Source: an uncultured Pirellulales bacterium
Lineage (GTDB): Bacteria > Planctomycetota > Phycisphaerae > Sedimentisphaerales > Anaerobacaceae
Assembly: GCA_964494805.1 (NCBI GenBank)
Contig: CAZBST010000007.1
Span: 44,493-108,492, forward strand
Direction: 5' to 3'
Length of the DNA: 64,000 bases
The stretch's first letter is position 1, and each line of letters starts with the position of its first letter. The position numbers were made by a program, and so were the translations under genes. A model generated the notes under the pieces. It made no database searches. It worked only from the letters and a program-made list of their open reading frames with translations, and was not told where the DNA came from. Positions 1 through 12,885 of the stretch are shown here, piece by piece.

Positions 1-1952
1 TAAGTCCATACTTCTTTACCGAACCCCTTGACATCCTCCAGCCATCCGGGGTGCTTTTCACTTACAATGCGAGACATAGACCAGATATCTATCAACGATT
101 GGAATCGATAGAACTCAGCAGGGCCTTTGCCGAAGGAACTGGCAAAAATCCTGATTTTCGGGTCTATAGTTTTAATCAGCTTGGCTAACTCATAAAATTC
201 CGCACCCAGCCACTCATCAAAAGGATATAATGCAAAGCGGTCGTACCCAATGCCATGTTCTTTTAAGATGTTTGTGATGTTTTTGAGCCAGGCGGCAAAT
301 TCATCTTGCCATGCTGGACTCATCCATGTACCAAACCGACCATAATCTTTTTTCCACGGTGAGAACGCAAGAAACAGCAGAAATGTCCTTGCATAACAAC
401 GGTGCTCGTCAATCATTCGCCCAAACTGCCTAAATTCATCCTGCTGACCTGCTTGTGCCGGTTTTCTCCGAAGATACGGTACTCGTGAAGGATGTACAAC
501 AAAGACATTGGTATAATGTTCCTGCAGGTCTTTGATGCATTCACTAATGTCTTTTTTTGCTATGCCGATGTGCTCAGGATATGCGCTGACGTTCGTACTT
601 AATTTTGTATCAGTGGTAAGTTCAAAGGGCTCGACCTTTATGTTGAGGGCTATTGTCTTGATAGGATATTGATTAGCTTCCGACATATCGGCCACAAAAC
701 CGATAGAGCCTCTATAGGTACCCGCCTTCAAAGCAGGATTATGAATACTCAGCCATATCTGCATAATTTCGCCCGGCCGTATTTCAAAAGGTCTTTCTCC
801 CTGCAGCACGAGGGCATCAGCTATGCTGCCTTTTTCCTTTACGCTAACATAGATGGCCCGTCTTACGGTAATAGTGCTCTTGCTGTCGATGACGATGTTA
901 TTGGGCCCGCTCAAAGGCGAGAGTGATACCGCAAGTTGAAGTTTTTTCTGAGAACAGTTTATGATGTTGACGGCTGCCGGTTCGTATTCTCCCCGCCAGA
1001 TGTCGAGACTTATTTCGTTGGGTGTCCCCGGCAAAACAAGCAGCATCGTCTTTTCTTCCCTGATTTCCATCGGGTCGGCGATGAGGCAGACATACTCCTT
1101 TTTATTGTAGAATGTGCGATATATTTTCGCCCTTGCCAAACCCAATTTATTTCTGAACATATCCAGCGAGGCATCATTCATATCGGATTTGGAAATATCA
1201 GTCTCGATTGAGGCAAGCTCGCTAAGGATACCACTGGTAAAATCCCGTGGAAAAGTAATGTCTTTCCGGTGCAGCGTTTCTATAGTCGCCGCAAGATTTC
1301 TTTTGAGTTGCTCTTTCTTTTCGATCGATGCAAAAACATCCTGAGGATTCGTCGGTTTAAACCGGTTACTCTTTGCTTTGGAGGCTGTGCTGTCAACAGT
1401 GACAAGACTGCCGATAACCTCTATTTCATCAAGAAACAAAAATGCACCCTCAGGCTCAAGCAGAATTTTCACAAATCGAGCGGTTTTATTAATGTTTTTG
1501 ACATGTAATACGATTGGTATCCTTTTGGGAGTGTCACCCCTCAGCCCGGCAGTTTGATTGGTTCCCGCAACGCCGGCCAATTCAAAATTTTTATTATCTG
1601 GACTCACAAATCCAAAGACCTGACGGGGAAATTCAACACCTGATAAGCCACCGCCGGTGGTATGAATGCGGATTTCCTGTATGAAGCCTGTTCTGCCGAG
1701 GTCAATGATAATATCAACCGGCGTTTTCACATACTGCCAGCCCACTGTGCTTTTATTTGCCCAGTAACTGCCAAGGGCTTTTCCGTCGGTAAGCTGGATC
1801 GCATCTGCATCATCGGTACAGAACTTGTAAGTGGGCCTTGGTTTCATCGTGTAGCTCTTGTGCAGTGCGAGGTTTTCTGCCGCAATAGCTGCGGGCAGGC
1901 AAAACTGTAGCACTACTCCTGCAACCGATAGCAATAAGAATCTGTTTCCCAT
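1..1952 (-). CDS. Secreted protein of unknown function, 3' end cut by the window edge (signal peptide plus discoidin/F5-8-type-C-like N-terminal domain)
   Basis: Missing from the ORF track because it runs off the window. Hand translation from ATG at 1952 (minus) gives MGNRFLLLSVAGVVLQFCLPAAIAAENLALHKSYTMKPRPTYKFCTDDADAIQLTDGKALGSYWANKSTVGWQYVKTPVDIIIDLGRTGFIQEIRIHTTGGGLSGVEFPRQ. The same frame is still open at nt 2-58 (EKHPGWLEDVKGFGKEVWT). No competing minus ORF is listed. The start overlaps the upstream stop (TGATG). Confidence 0.6.
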   Translation of the reverse strand, partial: MGNRFLLLSVAGVVLQFCLPAAIAAENLALHKSYTMKPRPTYKFCTDDADAIQLTDGKALGSYWANKSTVGWQYVKTPVDIIIDLGRTGFIQEIRIHTTGGGLSGVEFPRQVFGFVSPDNKNFELAGVAGTNQTAGLRGDTPKRIPIVLHVKNINKTARFVKILLEPEGAFLFLDEIEVIGSLVTVDSTASKAKSNRFKPTNPQDVFASIEKKEQLKRNLAATIETLHRKDITFPRDFTSGILSELASIETDISKSDMNDASLDMFRNKLGLARAKIYRTFYNKKEYVCLIADPMEIREEKTMLLVLPGTPNEISLDIWRGEYEPAAVNIINCSQKKLQLAVSLSPLSGPNNIVIDSKSTITVRRAIYVSVKEKGSIADALVLQGERPFEIRPGEIMQIWLSIHNPALKAGTYRGSIGFVADMSEANQYPIKTIALNIKVEPFELTTDTKLSTNVSAYPEHIGIAKKDISECIKDLQEHYTNVFVVHPSRVPYLRRKPAQAGQQDEFRQFGRMIDEHRCYARTFLLFLAFSPWKKDYGRFGTWMSPAWQDEFAAWLKNITNILKEHGIGYDRFALYPFDEWLGAEFYELAKLIKTIDPKIRIFASSFGKGPAEFYRFQSLIDIWSMSRIVSEKHPGWLEDVKGFGKEVWT

Positions 1953-3073
1953 CAGACAAGGCCTGCAATGATTTGCGCGATACGCTGAGCGGCTTTGCCG
2001 TCCCAGAATTTAGGGATTTTACCCTTTGCCGTGAAATTATTAGCTTTTATTTCATTATAATGTTTCACTATATCTTCTGTCTCAACGTGCACAAGTCGAT
2101 TAGTTCCCTCGGTAAGCGTTATTGACCACTCGGTATTTTCCCGCAAAGTCAGGCAGGGCACGCCCAGAATAGTTGTCTCTGCCTGTATGCCGCCGGAATC
2201 CGTCATTACAAATGCAGCATTACTCATCAAACACAGAAAATCCAAGTATCCTATCGGCTCAAGAAGAATAAAGTTTGTCATCGCCTTTATCCGCCTCTCA
2301 ATCTCACTACCCTTGATGTTATCCCTTGTGCGGGGATGCATAGGGAAAACCAACTTTGTTTCTTTCTGGATTTCCTCAAATGCCGCAGTAATCTCAGCGA
2401 ACTTATCGGGGTCATCGACGTTACTCGGCCTGTGAAGTGTAATTGCCGCGTAACCTTTTTCCTTAAGTCCGAGCCTGTCGAGTATATCGGATTTCTTCGC
2501 CTTTTCGCGATTTACTATCAGGGTGTCAGCCATAACGTTACCAACAAAGTGCACTTTGTTCGAATCGATACCTTCCTTGGCAAGGTTATCCAGACCCGAC
2601 TGGTCTGTTACGAAAAGCAAGCTGCTTATTCGGTCAGTAAGGATGCGGTTAATTTCCTCCGGCATAGCCCAGTCGAAACTGCGGAGCCCGGCCTCGATGT
2701 GTATTAGCTTTACTCCTAATTTCACTGCTACCAAGCCGCACGCAATGGTGCTATTGACGTCGCCCACAACGAGAACATAGTCCGGCTTAAAATCCAGAAC
2801 AACAGGCTCAAAACGCTTCATAATTTCGCCTGTCTGAACAGCGTGACTCGCTGAGCCCACCTCCAGATTTATATCTGGTTTGGGAATGCCGAGGTCATCG
2901 AAAAACAACCTGCTCATATTCTCATCGTAATGCTGGCCTGTATGCACCAGCAGTGACTTAAAATTGCCTGCCGCCTTAAACGCCTGCATAATCGGCGATA
3001 TCTTCATAAAATTGGGTCTGGCACCGCATACACAGATAATTTTTATCATCGGTCTCAAGTCCCAGGCAAACAA
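1952..3073 (-). CDS. wecB: UDP-N-acetylglucosamine 2-epimerase family (WecB/WbpI/WlbD-like, non-hydrolysing)
   Basis: 373 aa. The N-terminus IKIICVCGARPNFMKISPIMQAF...HTGQHYDENMS..FFDDLGIPKPD is typical of the family. It is the last enzyme gene of a wlbABCD-ordered operon. Confidence 0.85.
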   Translation of the reverse strand: MFAWDLRPMIKIICVCGARPNFMKISPIMQAFKAAGNFKSLLVHTGQHYDENMSRLFFDDLGIPKPDINLEVGSASHAVQTGEIMKRFEPVVLDFKPDYVLVVGDVNSTIACGLVAVKLGVKLIHIEAGLRSFDWAMPEEINRILTDRISSLLFVTDQSGLDNLAKEGIDSNKVHFVGNVMADTLIVNREKAKKSDILDRLGLKEKGYAAITLHRPSNVDDPDKFAEITAAFEEIQKETKLVFPMHPRTRDNIKGSEIERRIKAMTNFILLEPIGYLDFLCLMSNAAFVMTDSGGIQAETTILGVPCLTLRENTEWSITLTEGTNRLVHVETEDIVKHYNEIKANNFTAKGKIPKFWDGKAAQRIAQIIAGLV

Positions 3074-3084
3074 CCAACGACAAG

Positions 3085-4185
3085 CTATCTCAGAAACGAC
3101 AGGATAGTCTCGACAACATAATCCTTCATTTCATCCGTAAGCTCGGGATAGATCGGAATGGCCATAATCTCCTTGGCTGCCTTTTCCGATTCAGGCAAAT
3201 CACCTTGCTTATAACCCAGATACTTAAAGCACTCCTGGATATGCATAGGAACCGGATAATATATCTCGCAACCGATTTTATTTCCCTTCAGATGTGCTAA
3301 CAGTTCATCACGTTTTGGTACGCAAATGCAGTACTGATTATAAATAGTCACGCAATCAGGACTGATATAAGGAGTCTTTACGACGGTTCCTTTAAATTTC
3401 GCATCGTAATATGCTGCGTTGCGCCGTCTGGCCTCGGACCAGTCGTTCAAATGAGGCAGCTTGACTAAAAGCACCGCCGCCTGTACGGGGTCAAGACGGA
3501 AATTACCGCCGATATATTTATAATAATACTTTGGCTTGCCGCCGTGATTGCGCATAACAAACAAACGGTTGTAAAGCTGCTCGTCATTAGTTACAATCAT
3601 ACCGCCGTCCCCAATGCCGCCGAGGTTTTTGCTCGGGAAAAAGCTAAAGCAGCCGACGGTTCCGATGCTGCCGGCCTTTTTGCCTTTATAGGTGCTCGTA
3701 ATCGACTGGGCAGCGTCTTCAATCACCGCTATATTATGTTTTCTGGCAATTTCCATAATGGGATCCATATCTGCCATCTGCCCGAATAAATGAACGGGCA
3801 TAATCGCCTTAGTCTTCTCCGTAACCACCGAGGCAACAAGCTCAGCGTTGATATTGAAAGTTCGGGGGTCAATATCTACGAATACCGGCTTTGCACCGGT
3901 GCGGATGATACAGCCGACAGTCGAAAAAAATGTAAAAGGCGTGGTAATGACCTCATCACCACTGCCAATCTCCAGACTCATCAGACTGTTCAAAATAGCA
4001 TCGGTGCCGCTGGATGCCCCTACTGCAAATTTACAATCGCTCACGGCAGCTATTCTCTCTTCCAGCTCAGTAACTTTCGGCCCACCTATGCACCTTTGAG
4101 TTTCGAGCACCTCCGAAACAGCCGCCAAAACTTCGTTTTTAATTGTTGCATACTGTGCCTTCAAATCCAAAAGTGGTACATCCAT
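3085..4185 (-). CDS. DegT/DnrJ/EryC1/StrS PLP-dependent sugar aminotransferase (WbpE/WlbC-like)
   Basis: 366 aa with family-typical segments (GGPKVTELEERIA, FPSKNLGGIGDGGMIVTND). It lies between WbpD-like and WbpI-like genes. Confidence 0.85.
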   Translation of the reverse strand: MDVPLLDLKAQYATIKNEVLAAVSEVLETQRCIGGPKVTELEERIAAVSDCKFAVGASSGTDAILNSLMSLEIGSGDEVITTPFTFFSTVGCIIRTGAKPVFVDIDPRTFNINAELVASVVTEKTKAIMPVHLFGQMADMDPIMEIARKHNIAVIEDAAQSITSTYKGKKAGSIGTVGCFSFFPSKNLGGIGDGGMIVTNDEQLYNRLFVMRNHGGKPKYYYKYIGGNFRLDPVQAAVLLVKLPHLNDWSEARRRNAAYYDAKFKGTVVKTPYISPDCVTIYNQYCICVPKRDELLAHLKGNKIGCEIYYPVPMHIQECFKYLGYKQGDLPESEKAAKEIMAIPIYPELTDEMKDYVVETILSFLR

Positions 4186-4199
4186 TGCATAGTCTCCTG

Positions 4200-4865
4200 T
4201 TAATTAGGTTTTTTAAAATCATCATACGGTATTTTCCCAACAGCTTTTTCCAGCGGCAGGGGTGACTCCTCATCCAAATCCAGACACCTGACCACACCCG
4301 GGGCAACTTCTTTATAACGATAGCCGCTCTCCGGACAGACCATAACGCCGTCCGAATCCGGCTTTGGCAGACGGATTCCGTGTCGGCTCATCCATCCCAT
4401 CTGCTTGGCCGGTGCGCCCATCATCAGAGCATAATCCGGAACGTCCTTAGCTACAACGGCACCGGCGGCTATAAAGCAATAACGGCCAAGCTCGATTCCA
4501 CAAACAATAGTTGCATTTGCCCCGACAGTCGCTCCACGGCGGAAGATTGTCTTTTCATAAATGCTGTGCCGAACAACCTGCGAGCGAGGGTTCGTGACAT
4601 TTGTCAGAACACACGATGGTCCAAGAAAGACGTCGTCTTCAATAATTGCTCCTGTGTAAATCGAAACGTTATTCTGGACCTTCACATTACTGCCGATAAC
4701 AACTCCGCTGGCAACGTTGACGTTCTGGCCGAATATACACCTTTCACCAATTTTGACGTCCTTCATTATGTGTGAAAAATGCCATATTTTCGTTCCCTTG
4801 CCTATCTCGCAAGGCTCATCGACGTATGCTGATTCGTGAACAAAATAATCTTTTTTCTCGCTCAT
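4200..4865 (-). CDS. Left-handed beta-helix (hexapeptide) N-acetyltransferase, WbpD/WlbB-like
   Basis: 221 aa with hexapeptide repeats. The segment IWHFSHI...GQNVNV...VQNNVSIYTGAIIEDDVFLGPSCVLTNVTNPRS...GANATIVCG...GAVVAKDVPDYALMMGAPAKQMGWMSRHG matches my recollection of WlbB/WbpD. Confidence 0.8.
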   Translation of the reverse strand: MSEKKDYFVHESAYVDEPCEIGKGTKIWHFSHIMKDVKIGERCIFGQNVNVASGVVIGSNVKVQNNVSIYTGAIIEDDVFLGPSCVLTNVTNPRSQVVRHSIYEKTIFRRGATVGANATIVCGIELGRYCFIAAGAVVAKDVPDYALMMGAPAKQMGWMSRHGIRLPKPDSDGVMVCPESGYRYKEVAPGVVRCLDLDEESPLPLEKAVGKIPYDDFKKPN

Positions 4866-5893
4866 TAAAAATCCTCCGGATTAATGGGTTCGCCATTGTT
4901 CTTTAAAGATTTTTGTCCCGCCTCTAATACACGGACAACTCTCAGACCTTCGATACCGTCACTTCGTATCGGCATCCCGTCAAGCACACAATCTATGAAA
5001 TGCTTACATTCCATCGCAAGCGGCTCGCCGCTGGGTATCTTCGGAATCACTATGTCGCCGAATCGAAGCGATATTACTTCTGCGTATGATGTAGTTATAT
5101 CGTGTTTTATTGCAGCACCCTTATCATATATTCGTATTTTCTCCGTCGCCTCCATATCGTCAAAGGTTACCATCTTCTCGGAGCCGACAACCGTCATCTT
5201 TCTGATTTTGTGAGGGTCGAGCCAGCTGCAGTGAACGTTTGCCACTTTGCCGTCTGCGAATTTAATCGTGGCAAAAACCACATCTTCAATGCCCTTCTGC
5301 AAGTAACATTGCCCATGAGCAGTTACTAACACCGGCTCGGAGCCAAGCAAGTAGCAGATAATCGAAATATCGTGCGGCGCCAGCGACCACCAGGCATTCT
5401 CATTTTGACGAACAATACCCAAATTAACCCGCTGAGTATACATATAATACGGCTGACCCAACTGATCTCTGTCTATCATCTCTTTAAGGTAACTGACTGC
5501 AGGATGATATTCCAGCAGGTGACCGACCATCAGTTTCAACTTCTTGTCCTTTGCAAGTTCAACCAACACATTCGCATCAGCGGCTTTTAACGTAATTGGC
5601 TTTTCAACATAAGTATGTTTGCCGGCCTCCAAACACTTCTGTGCAATCTCAAAGTGTGTTGGCACTTCGGTTGCAATCACCACCGCATCAATTTCGGCAT
5701 CACCCAAAACATCTCCCAGCTCAGATGTGGTCTTAATAAAGGGGAACCTCTTCTTTTGAGAATCCAGCACTTTCTTATCGAGGTCGCAGACATATTTCAA
5801 ACTACATCTTTTGGCGGTGGCAAAATTACGAACCAGGTTCTTGCCCCAATATCCGGCGCCAACAACTGCAATATTTAAAATATTTTCACTCAT
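4865..5893 (-). CDS. Gfo/Idh/MocA family NAD-dependent oxidoreductase (WbpB/WlbA-like)
   Basis: 342 aa with an N-terminal Rossmann motif (NIAVVGAGYWGKNLVRNF). First gene of the operon; its stop overlaps the next start by 1 nt (TAATG). Confidence 0.8.
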   Translation of the reverse strand: MSENILNIAVVGAGYWGKNLVRNFATAKRCSLKYVCDLDKKVLDSQKKRFPFIKTTSELGDVLGDAEIDAVVIATEVPTHFEIAQKCLEAGKHTYVEKPITLKAADANVLVELAKDKKLKLMVGHLLEYHPAVSYLKEMIDRDQLGQPYYMYTQRVNLGIVRQNENAWWSLAPHDISIICYLLGSEPVLVTAHGQCYLQKGIEDVVFATIKFADGKVANVHCSWLDPHKIRKMTVVGSEKMVTFDDMEATEKIRIYDKGAAIKHDITTSYAEVISLRFGDIVIPKIPSGEPLAMECKHFIDCVLDGMPIRSDGIEGLRVVRVLEAGQKSLKNNGEPINPEDF

Positions 5894-5986
5894 ACTTTTA
5901 TTCCTTTTGAAACTGAAGAAAAAAACACGTCGGCAAAGCTTGACTGATTGACAGCTTTACCTATAATAAATACTCATTGTTCTTAT

Positions 5987-8479
<2,493 letters not shown>

Positions 8480-8486
8480 TCCTTTG

Positions 8487-9452
8487 TTACTTTGCCTGTT
8501 TAAAATTCTCTATAATTACTCGCAGCGCCTCGTCCAGACTTGTTTTGGGCTCCCAGCTGGTCATCTTTTTTATTCGCTCAAGGTTCGGCACACGCCGCAT
8601 CATATCTTCGATAGGCCTGCCGTAGGCTTCTTCGTATGACACAAATTCCTTTTTGCTTTTGCTGTTGGTCATCTCAATAATTTTATCAGCAAGACTTTCG
8701 ATGGCAATCTCTTCACTTGAGCCGATGTTATACACCTTTCCCGCTGCCCCCTCACAGTTCATCAAACCTATGACTGCCTCGACAAGGTCTTCCACATAAC
8801 AAAAGCATCGCTTTTGCCGGCCTGTGCCATATATCAAAACCGGCTCATTCCTTAATGCTCTTTGAACAAAACGAGGCACCACCATTCCGTATTGACCTGT
8901 TTGTCTTGGCCCGATTGTATTAAAGAACCTGCCGATTATCACGTCCAATTTATACTGTTGATGGAAAGCCAGACCCAGAAATTCGTCTATCGCCTTACTA
9001 CAGGCGTATGACCATCGTGACATTCGTGTGCTGCCGAGCACAATGTCGTCGTCTTCGCGGAAGGGCACTGTTTCATTTTTCCCGTAAACTTCGCTGCTTG
9101 AAGCAATCAGGATTTTTTTGCCGAACTTATTGGCCGTCTCTAGCACCACCTCGGTGCCGCCGATATTGGTTTCTATCGTATGGACCGGCCTATCGGCTAT
9201 CAATTTGACGCCGACAGCCGCAGCTAAATGAAAGACTACATCGCATTGCTCTGTCAAAGATTCCATCAATTCAACATTGCGAATGTCGCCTTCGACAAAG
9301 TCAAAGTAGGAATGTTTCCTGATGCCTTCGATATTTTTTAAGCTACCGGTACTGAGATTATCAATAACTGCTACATTATGCCCGTCTCTCAGTAGCCGCT
9401 CTGCCAGATGTGAACCTATAAATCCTGCCCCGCCTGTAATAAGCCCTTTCAT
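8487..9452 (-). CDS. NAD-dependent epimerase/dehydratase (extended SDR; UDP-sugar decarboxylase/epimerase-like)
   Basis: [17 protein letters not shown] with a YACSK catalytic motif. The track start at 9524 is an extension. ATG at 9452 (MKGLITGG) has GAGG 6 nt upstream. Confidence 0.75.
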   Translation of the reverse strand: MKGLITGGAGFIGSHLAERLLRDGHNVAVIDNLSTGSLKNIEGIRKHSYFDFVEGDIRNVELMESLTEQCDVVFHLAAAVGVKLIADRPVHTIETNIGGTEVVLETANKFGKKILIASSSEVYGKNETVPFREDDDIVLGSTRMSRWSYACSKAIDEFLGLAFHQQYKLDVIIGRFFNTIGPRQTGQYGMVVPRFVQRALRNEPVLIYGTGRQKRCFCYVEDLVEAVIGLMNCEGAAGKVYNIGSSEEIAIESLADKIIEMTNSKSKKEFVSYEEAYGRPIEDMMRRVPNLERIKKMTSWEPKTSLDEALRVIIENFKQAK

Positions 9453-9875
9453 ATAGGCCTCAATAAGTAAATAATCAACTTTGACAGACTCCGTCCCCGT
9501 CGGCTGCGCCAGAGAAACAAGCACATCCTGAGCATTTTATCAAGTTTTTGGGACAGTCTCTTCTCTTATCAGAAGTCAGTTCGTGCGAATTTACTCGCCG
9601 ACACTCTTACATAAGTATCGGCAAATAAAGGAGATAGCTTTAGTCAGACACGCTCCTGCCTGTTGTTATTAGCCAATTTTACGGCAAAAATTATACGTGC
9701 TTAGCATTCTGTAAGTTCACATCTATTGCCCTTGAGTAAAGTACTGCTGCGCCCCCTTCCCTTAATGTTAAAAAGGCCGTTTTTATCGGTCTTATCTTCG
9801 GGATTCGAAAAAAAGAGGATATTGAGGTGGTATGGCTTTTACGGCAAATTCTTTTTTTGATTTTTACTCCTTGTT

Positions 9876-10676
9876 CTACTGGCCATAATAGGAACAGTAT
9901 GTCTTATCGGTTTCCCAGATTGTTACGCAATGCAGCACCGCTTCGCCGAATTTACCTGCCAGCTTCTCCCACGCAAAAGTTGCGATATTCTCTACGGTCG
10001 GAACCGCTTTGGCAAAATACGGCACATCTACGTTCAAATTCTTGTGGTCAACCACTTTTATAAGCTCATCATCCACTACTTTTTCAAAATCGCTGATACA
10101 AAGATTATTCTCTCCTGCCGGCCTTTTTATCGTAACCTCAACGACATAATTATGCCCATGACCGGCCGGATTTGCACATTTGCCGAAGACCTCCCGATTG
10201 TGTTCATCCGAAAAATCATCGTTCCAAAGCTTATGTGTCGCCGCAAATTCAAATTTCTCACTAAAATAGCTCATCTCGCAGTCTCCGCAGTCAATCGCAA
10301 TCTTTCTGAAAGGATTCATCGCCAGGCTCAAGTTATTCAACCTTGCCGTTCCGAATTTATCAGCCAATTGTTCCTGCGCCGATTTTAAAAGTTTTGTTAT
10401 TTCTGGAAATCCGATATGTCTGCCCTGACGAAAGTCTTTTCTTATCTGCCGGGCGAAAATCGGCACAACATATTTCCGCACCCTCTCGTCGACATCATTT
10501 ACGTTGATGACAAATCCCGTAGCCGGGGCAACCTCACCGACCAGCGCAACAGTCAATTCGAAAAATATTGACAGCCCTTCGCCTGCCGGTTTTGATGCAA
10601 ACGAGTTAAGACCGATACTGTCTTCCGGCAAGAAAGGATTAATCGAAAACCGCACCAGCCTTGATAGTTTATGCAT
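9876..10676 (-). CDS. Two-domain 6-pyruvoyl-tetrahydropterin synthase / QueD-family protein
   Basis: 266 aa, about twice the size of a normal PTPS/QueD. The C-terminal half carries FEFAATHKL...FGKCANPAGHGHNYVVEV. The N-terminal half looks PTPS-like (GFVINVNDVD) but shows no His triad. Confidence 0.7.
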   Translation of the reverse strand: MHKLSRLVRFSINPFLPEDSIGLNSFASKPAGEGLSIFFELTVALVGEVAPATGFVINVNDVDERVRKYVVPIFARQIRKDFRQGRHIGFPEITKLLKSAQEQLADKFGTARLNNLSLAMNPFRKIAIDCGDCEMSYFSEKFEFAATHKLWNDDFSDEHNREVFGKCANPAGHGHNYVVEVTIKRPAGENNLCISDFEKVVDDELIKVVDHKNLNVDVPYFAKAVPTVENIATFAWEKLAGKFGEAVLHCVTIWETDKTYCSYYGQ

Positions 10677-10690
10677 AAACAGGAGACCTT

Positions 10691-11302
10691 TTATCTGTTA
10701 CCTTTATGCATCAAACTCATAATCTCACCTCGGCTTTTTGGGTCTCTCTTAAATATCCCGCGCAGCGCCGAAGTTACCATCACCGAGCCGGGCTTCTTAA
10801 TCCCTCGAATGGTCATACAGCTATGCGATGCCTCCAGCACCACTGCAGTACCCCGTGGCTCAAGGCTATCCATTATAAAATCAGCTATCTGGCCCGTAAG
10901 TCTCTCCTGGGTCTGCAGTCGCCGGGCAAAGCAATCCACAATACGGGCAAGCTTGCTGACCCCAAGTATGTCACCGCTCGGCAAATATGCAACATGAGCT
11001 GAACCGATGAACGGCATCAGATGATGCTCGCAAATACTGTAAAAAGGTATGTCACGCAGCAAAACTATCTCGTCGTAGTCCTCGGTAAAAACACTGCGGA
11101 GATGCTGTTCGGGGTCCTCACGCATCCCGGCCAGCAGCTCGGCATACATTTTTGCTACTCGCGTTGGTGTCCCCTTTAGTCCCTGACGTCCAACGTTTTC
11201 TCCTACAGCCAAAAGTATTTCTTTGACCGCTTTCTCAATCCTTTCGATGTCCACTTTTGCCTTATTTTTTGAACGCATATCCTTCACCCTTTTACCTGGC
11301 AA
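10691..11302 (-). CDS. folE: GTP cyclohydrolase I
   Basis: [58 protein letters not shown] start at 11302 overlaps the pepA stop; an internal Met at 11278 is an alternative. Confidence 0.9.
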   Translation of the reverse strand: MPGKRVKDMRSKNKAKVDIERIEKAVKEILLAVGENVGRQGLKGTPTRVAKMYAELLAGMREDPEQHLRSVFTEDYDEIVLLRDIPFYSICEHHLMPFIGSAHVAYLPSGDILGVSKLARIVDCFARRLQTQERLTGQIADFIMDSLEPRGTAVVLEASHSCMTIRGIKKPGSVMVTSALRGIFKRDPKSRGEIMSLMHKGNR

Positions 11303-12824
11303 TATTCATAAGATAAGTAGTCAGCAGCCGCACACCGAACCCGCTCGCGCCTTCCGTCGTGTATCCCGCGGTATTGTCGAACATTTCCACGCCTGCGATA
11401 TCCAGATGAACCCACTTTGCATTACCTGTAAACTGCCTCAAAAAAGCTGCTGCAGTGCACGCCCCGCCAAATTTGCTGCCGATATTTTTCAAGTCGGCTA
11501 TTTTGCTTTTCATTTCCTCTGCATACTCATCACCGCTCGGCATAGGCCAGACTTTCTCTCCGCTTTCTTCTGCTGCTGTTTGTAGTTGTTTCATTAGTTT
11601 CTCATTGTTTCCCATCAACCCGGCCATATACCTGCCCAAAGCAACTCTGCAGGCGCCGGTTAACGTCGCTATGTCAATGATAACATTGCAGTTCTGCGCA
11701 GCAGCATATGCGAGGGCGTCGCAGAGTATCATTCTGCCTTCAGCGTCGGTATTCAACACCTCGACGGTCTTGCCGCTGAATGTGGTGATAATATCGCCGG
11801 GCCGATAGCTCGCCCCGCTTGGTAAATTTTCTGCCGATGGAATTATCCCCATAACGTTGAGCGGCAGTTTTAATTCCGCCACCGCCTTCATCGTCCCCAA
11901 GACGGCGATTCCGCCGGTTTTATCCAACTTCATCTCATCCATACTGGCGGATGGTTTTATGCTTATCCCTCCGGAATCGAAAGTTATCGCTTTGCCAACC
12001 AGAGCAATTGCGGGCCGACCCTTCGCTGCTTTACCGCCTGGACTGTATTTCAAAACAATAAATCTGGGAGGACTTTTAGATCCGGAACCTACTGCCAGCA
12101 CTCCCCCCATGCCCTTTGCAGCCATTTGCTTTTCATCAAAAACCGTACAGGACAGGCCCGCTGTGGTTTTTGCCACCCTTTTTGCCTCTGCTGCAAGTAC
12201 CGATGGATTTATTATATTGGCCGGCCGATTCGCCAGCGTCCGGGCATAGCTTTGTGCTTTGCCGATAATAACTCCGCTCGAAAGGCCTTTGTTTAACTTT
12301 ATTATCTCTGCCGAATCAGAATCTATTACTTCAACGCCGAGCGAATTCAAACGCCCATTTTTGTCTTCAGTAACAAACTCATCATAGTAATAGCTGCCGA
12401 GATATGTTCCCTCAGCCATAGCTCTGCCCATCGCGGCTAAATCGAACCTTCCATCAAATGCTCGATGCAAGGCTAAGTCGAGAGTTTCCGCCTTTATTTC
12501 CACCGACTTCTTTGCTGCATTGGCCGCCGCTTTACGGACCGTATCAAGTGTCACCTTCTTTTTCTCGCCTAAACCAACCAGCAGAACCCTCTTGGCTCCT
12601 ATGCCATCGTTGCCGTAAACGACGGCGCTGGTTCCCTCCTTGCCTTTGAAATCACCCAGCTTTATAACCTGTTTAATGGCGCCGCCGAGCTTCCGGTCAA
12701 GCTCTGCGTTTAATTTGTCCAGACCTTTGGCTTCGCTGAAATGCCCTACGGCAAGCAAATCTGTTTCGCACTTGCTGAAATCAATCTTACGCACTTTTAG
12801 TTCGACATCAATAATTTCTTTCAT
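11292..12824 (-). CDS. pepA: Leucyl aminopeptidase (M17)
   Basis: 510 aa with [16 protein letters not shown] and [17 protein letters not shown] signatures. Confidence 0.9.
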   Translation of the reverse strand: MKEIIDVELKVRKIDFSKCETDLLAVGHFSEAKGLDKLNAELDRKLGGAIKQVIKLGDFKGKEGTSAVVYGNDGIGAKRVLLVGLGEKKKVTLDTVRKAAANAAKKSVEIKAETLDLALHRAFDGRFDLAAMGRAMAEGTYLGSYYYDEFVTEDKNGRLNSLGVEVIDSDSAEIIKLNKGLSSGVIIGKAQSYARTLANRPANIINPSVLAAEAKRVAKTTAGLSCTVFDEKQMAAKGMGGVLAVGSGSKSPPRFIVLKYSPGGKAAKGRPAIALVGKAITFDSGGISIKPSASMDEMKLDKTGGIAVLGTMKAVAELKLPLNVMGIIPSAENLPSGASYRPGDIITTFSGKTVEVLNTDAEGRMILCDALAYAAAQNCNVIIDIATLTGACRVALGRYMAGLMGNNEKLMKQLQTAAEESGEKVWPMPSGDEYAEEMKSKIADLKNIGSKFGGACTAAAFLRQFTGNAKWVHLDIAGVEMFDNTAGYTTEGASGFGVRLLTTYLMNIAR

Positions 12825-12885
12825 CTTTGTTAATCCTTATCCGGTATTCGATAATTACTATTTACCAATTACCTTTCACTATTTA

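Noticed and set aside
9453-9524. N-terminal extensions in ORF-track calls (9524, 17936, 27468, 30107, 32385, 37902, 45991, 50289, 56058, 61694)
   Set aside because: The extensions overlap upstream genes or repeats and begin at rare start codons. Internal ATGs with Shine-Dalgarno-like sequences and family-typical N-termini are more plausible, so I trimmed the coordinates.
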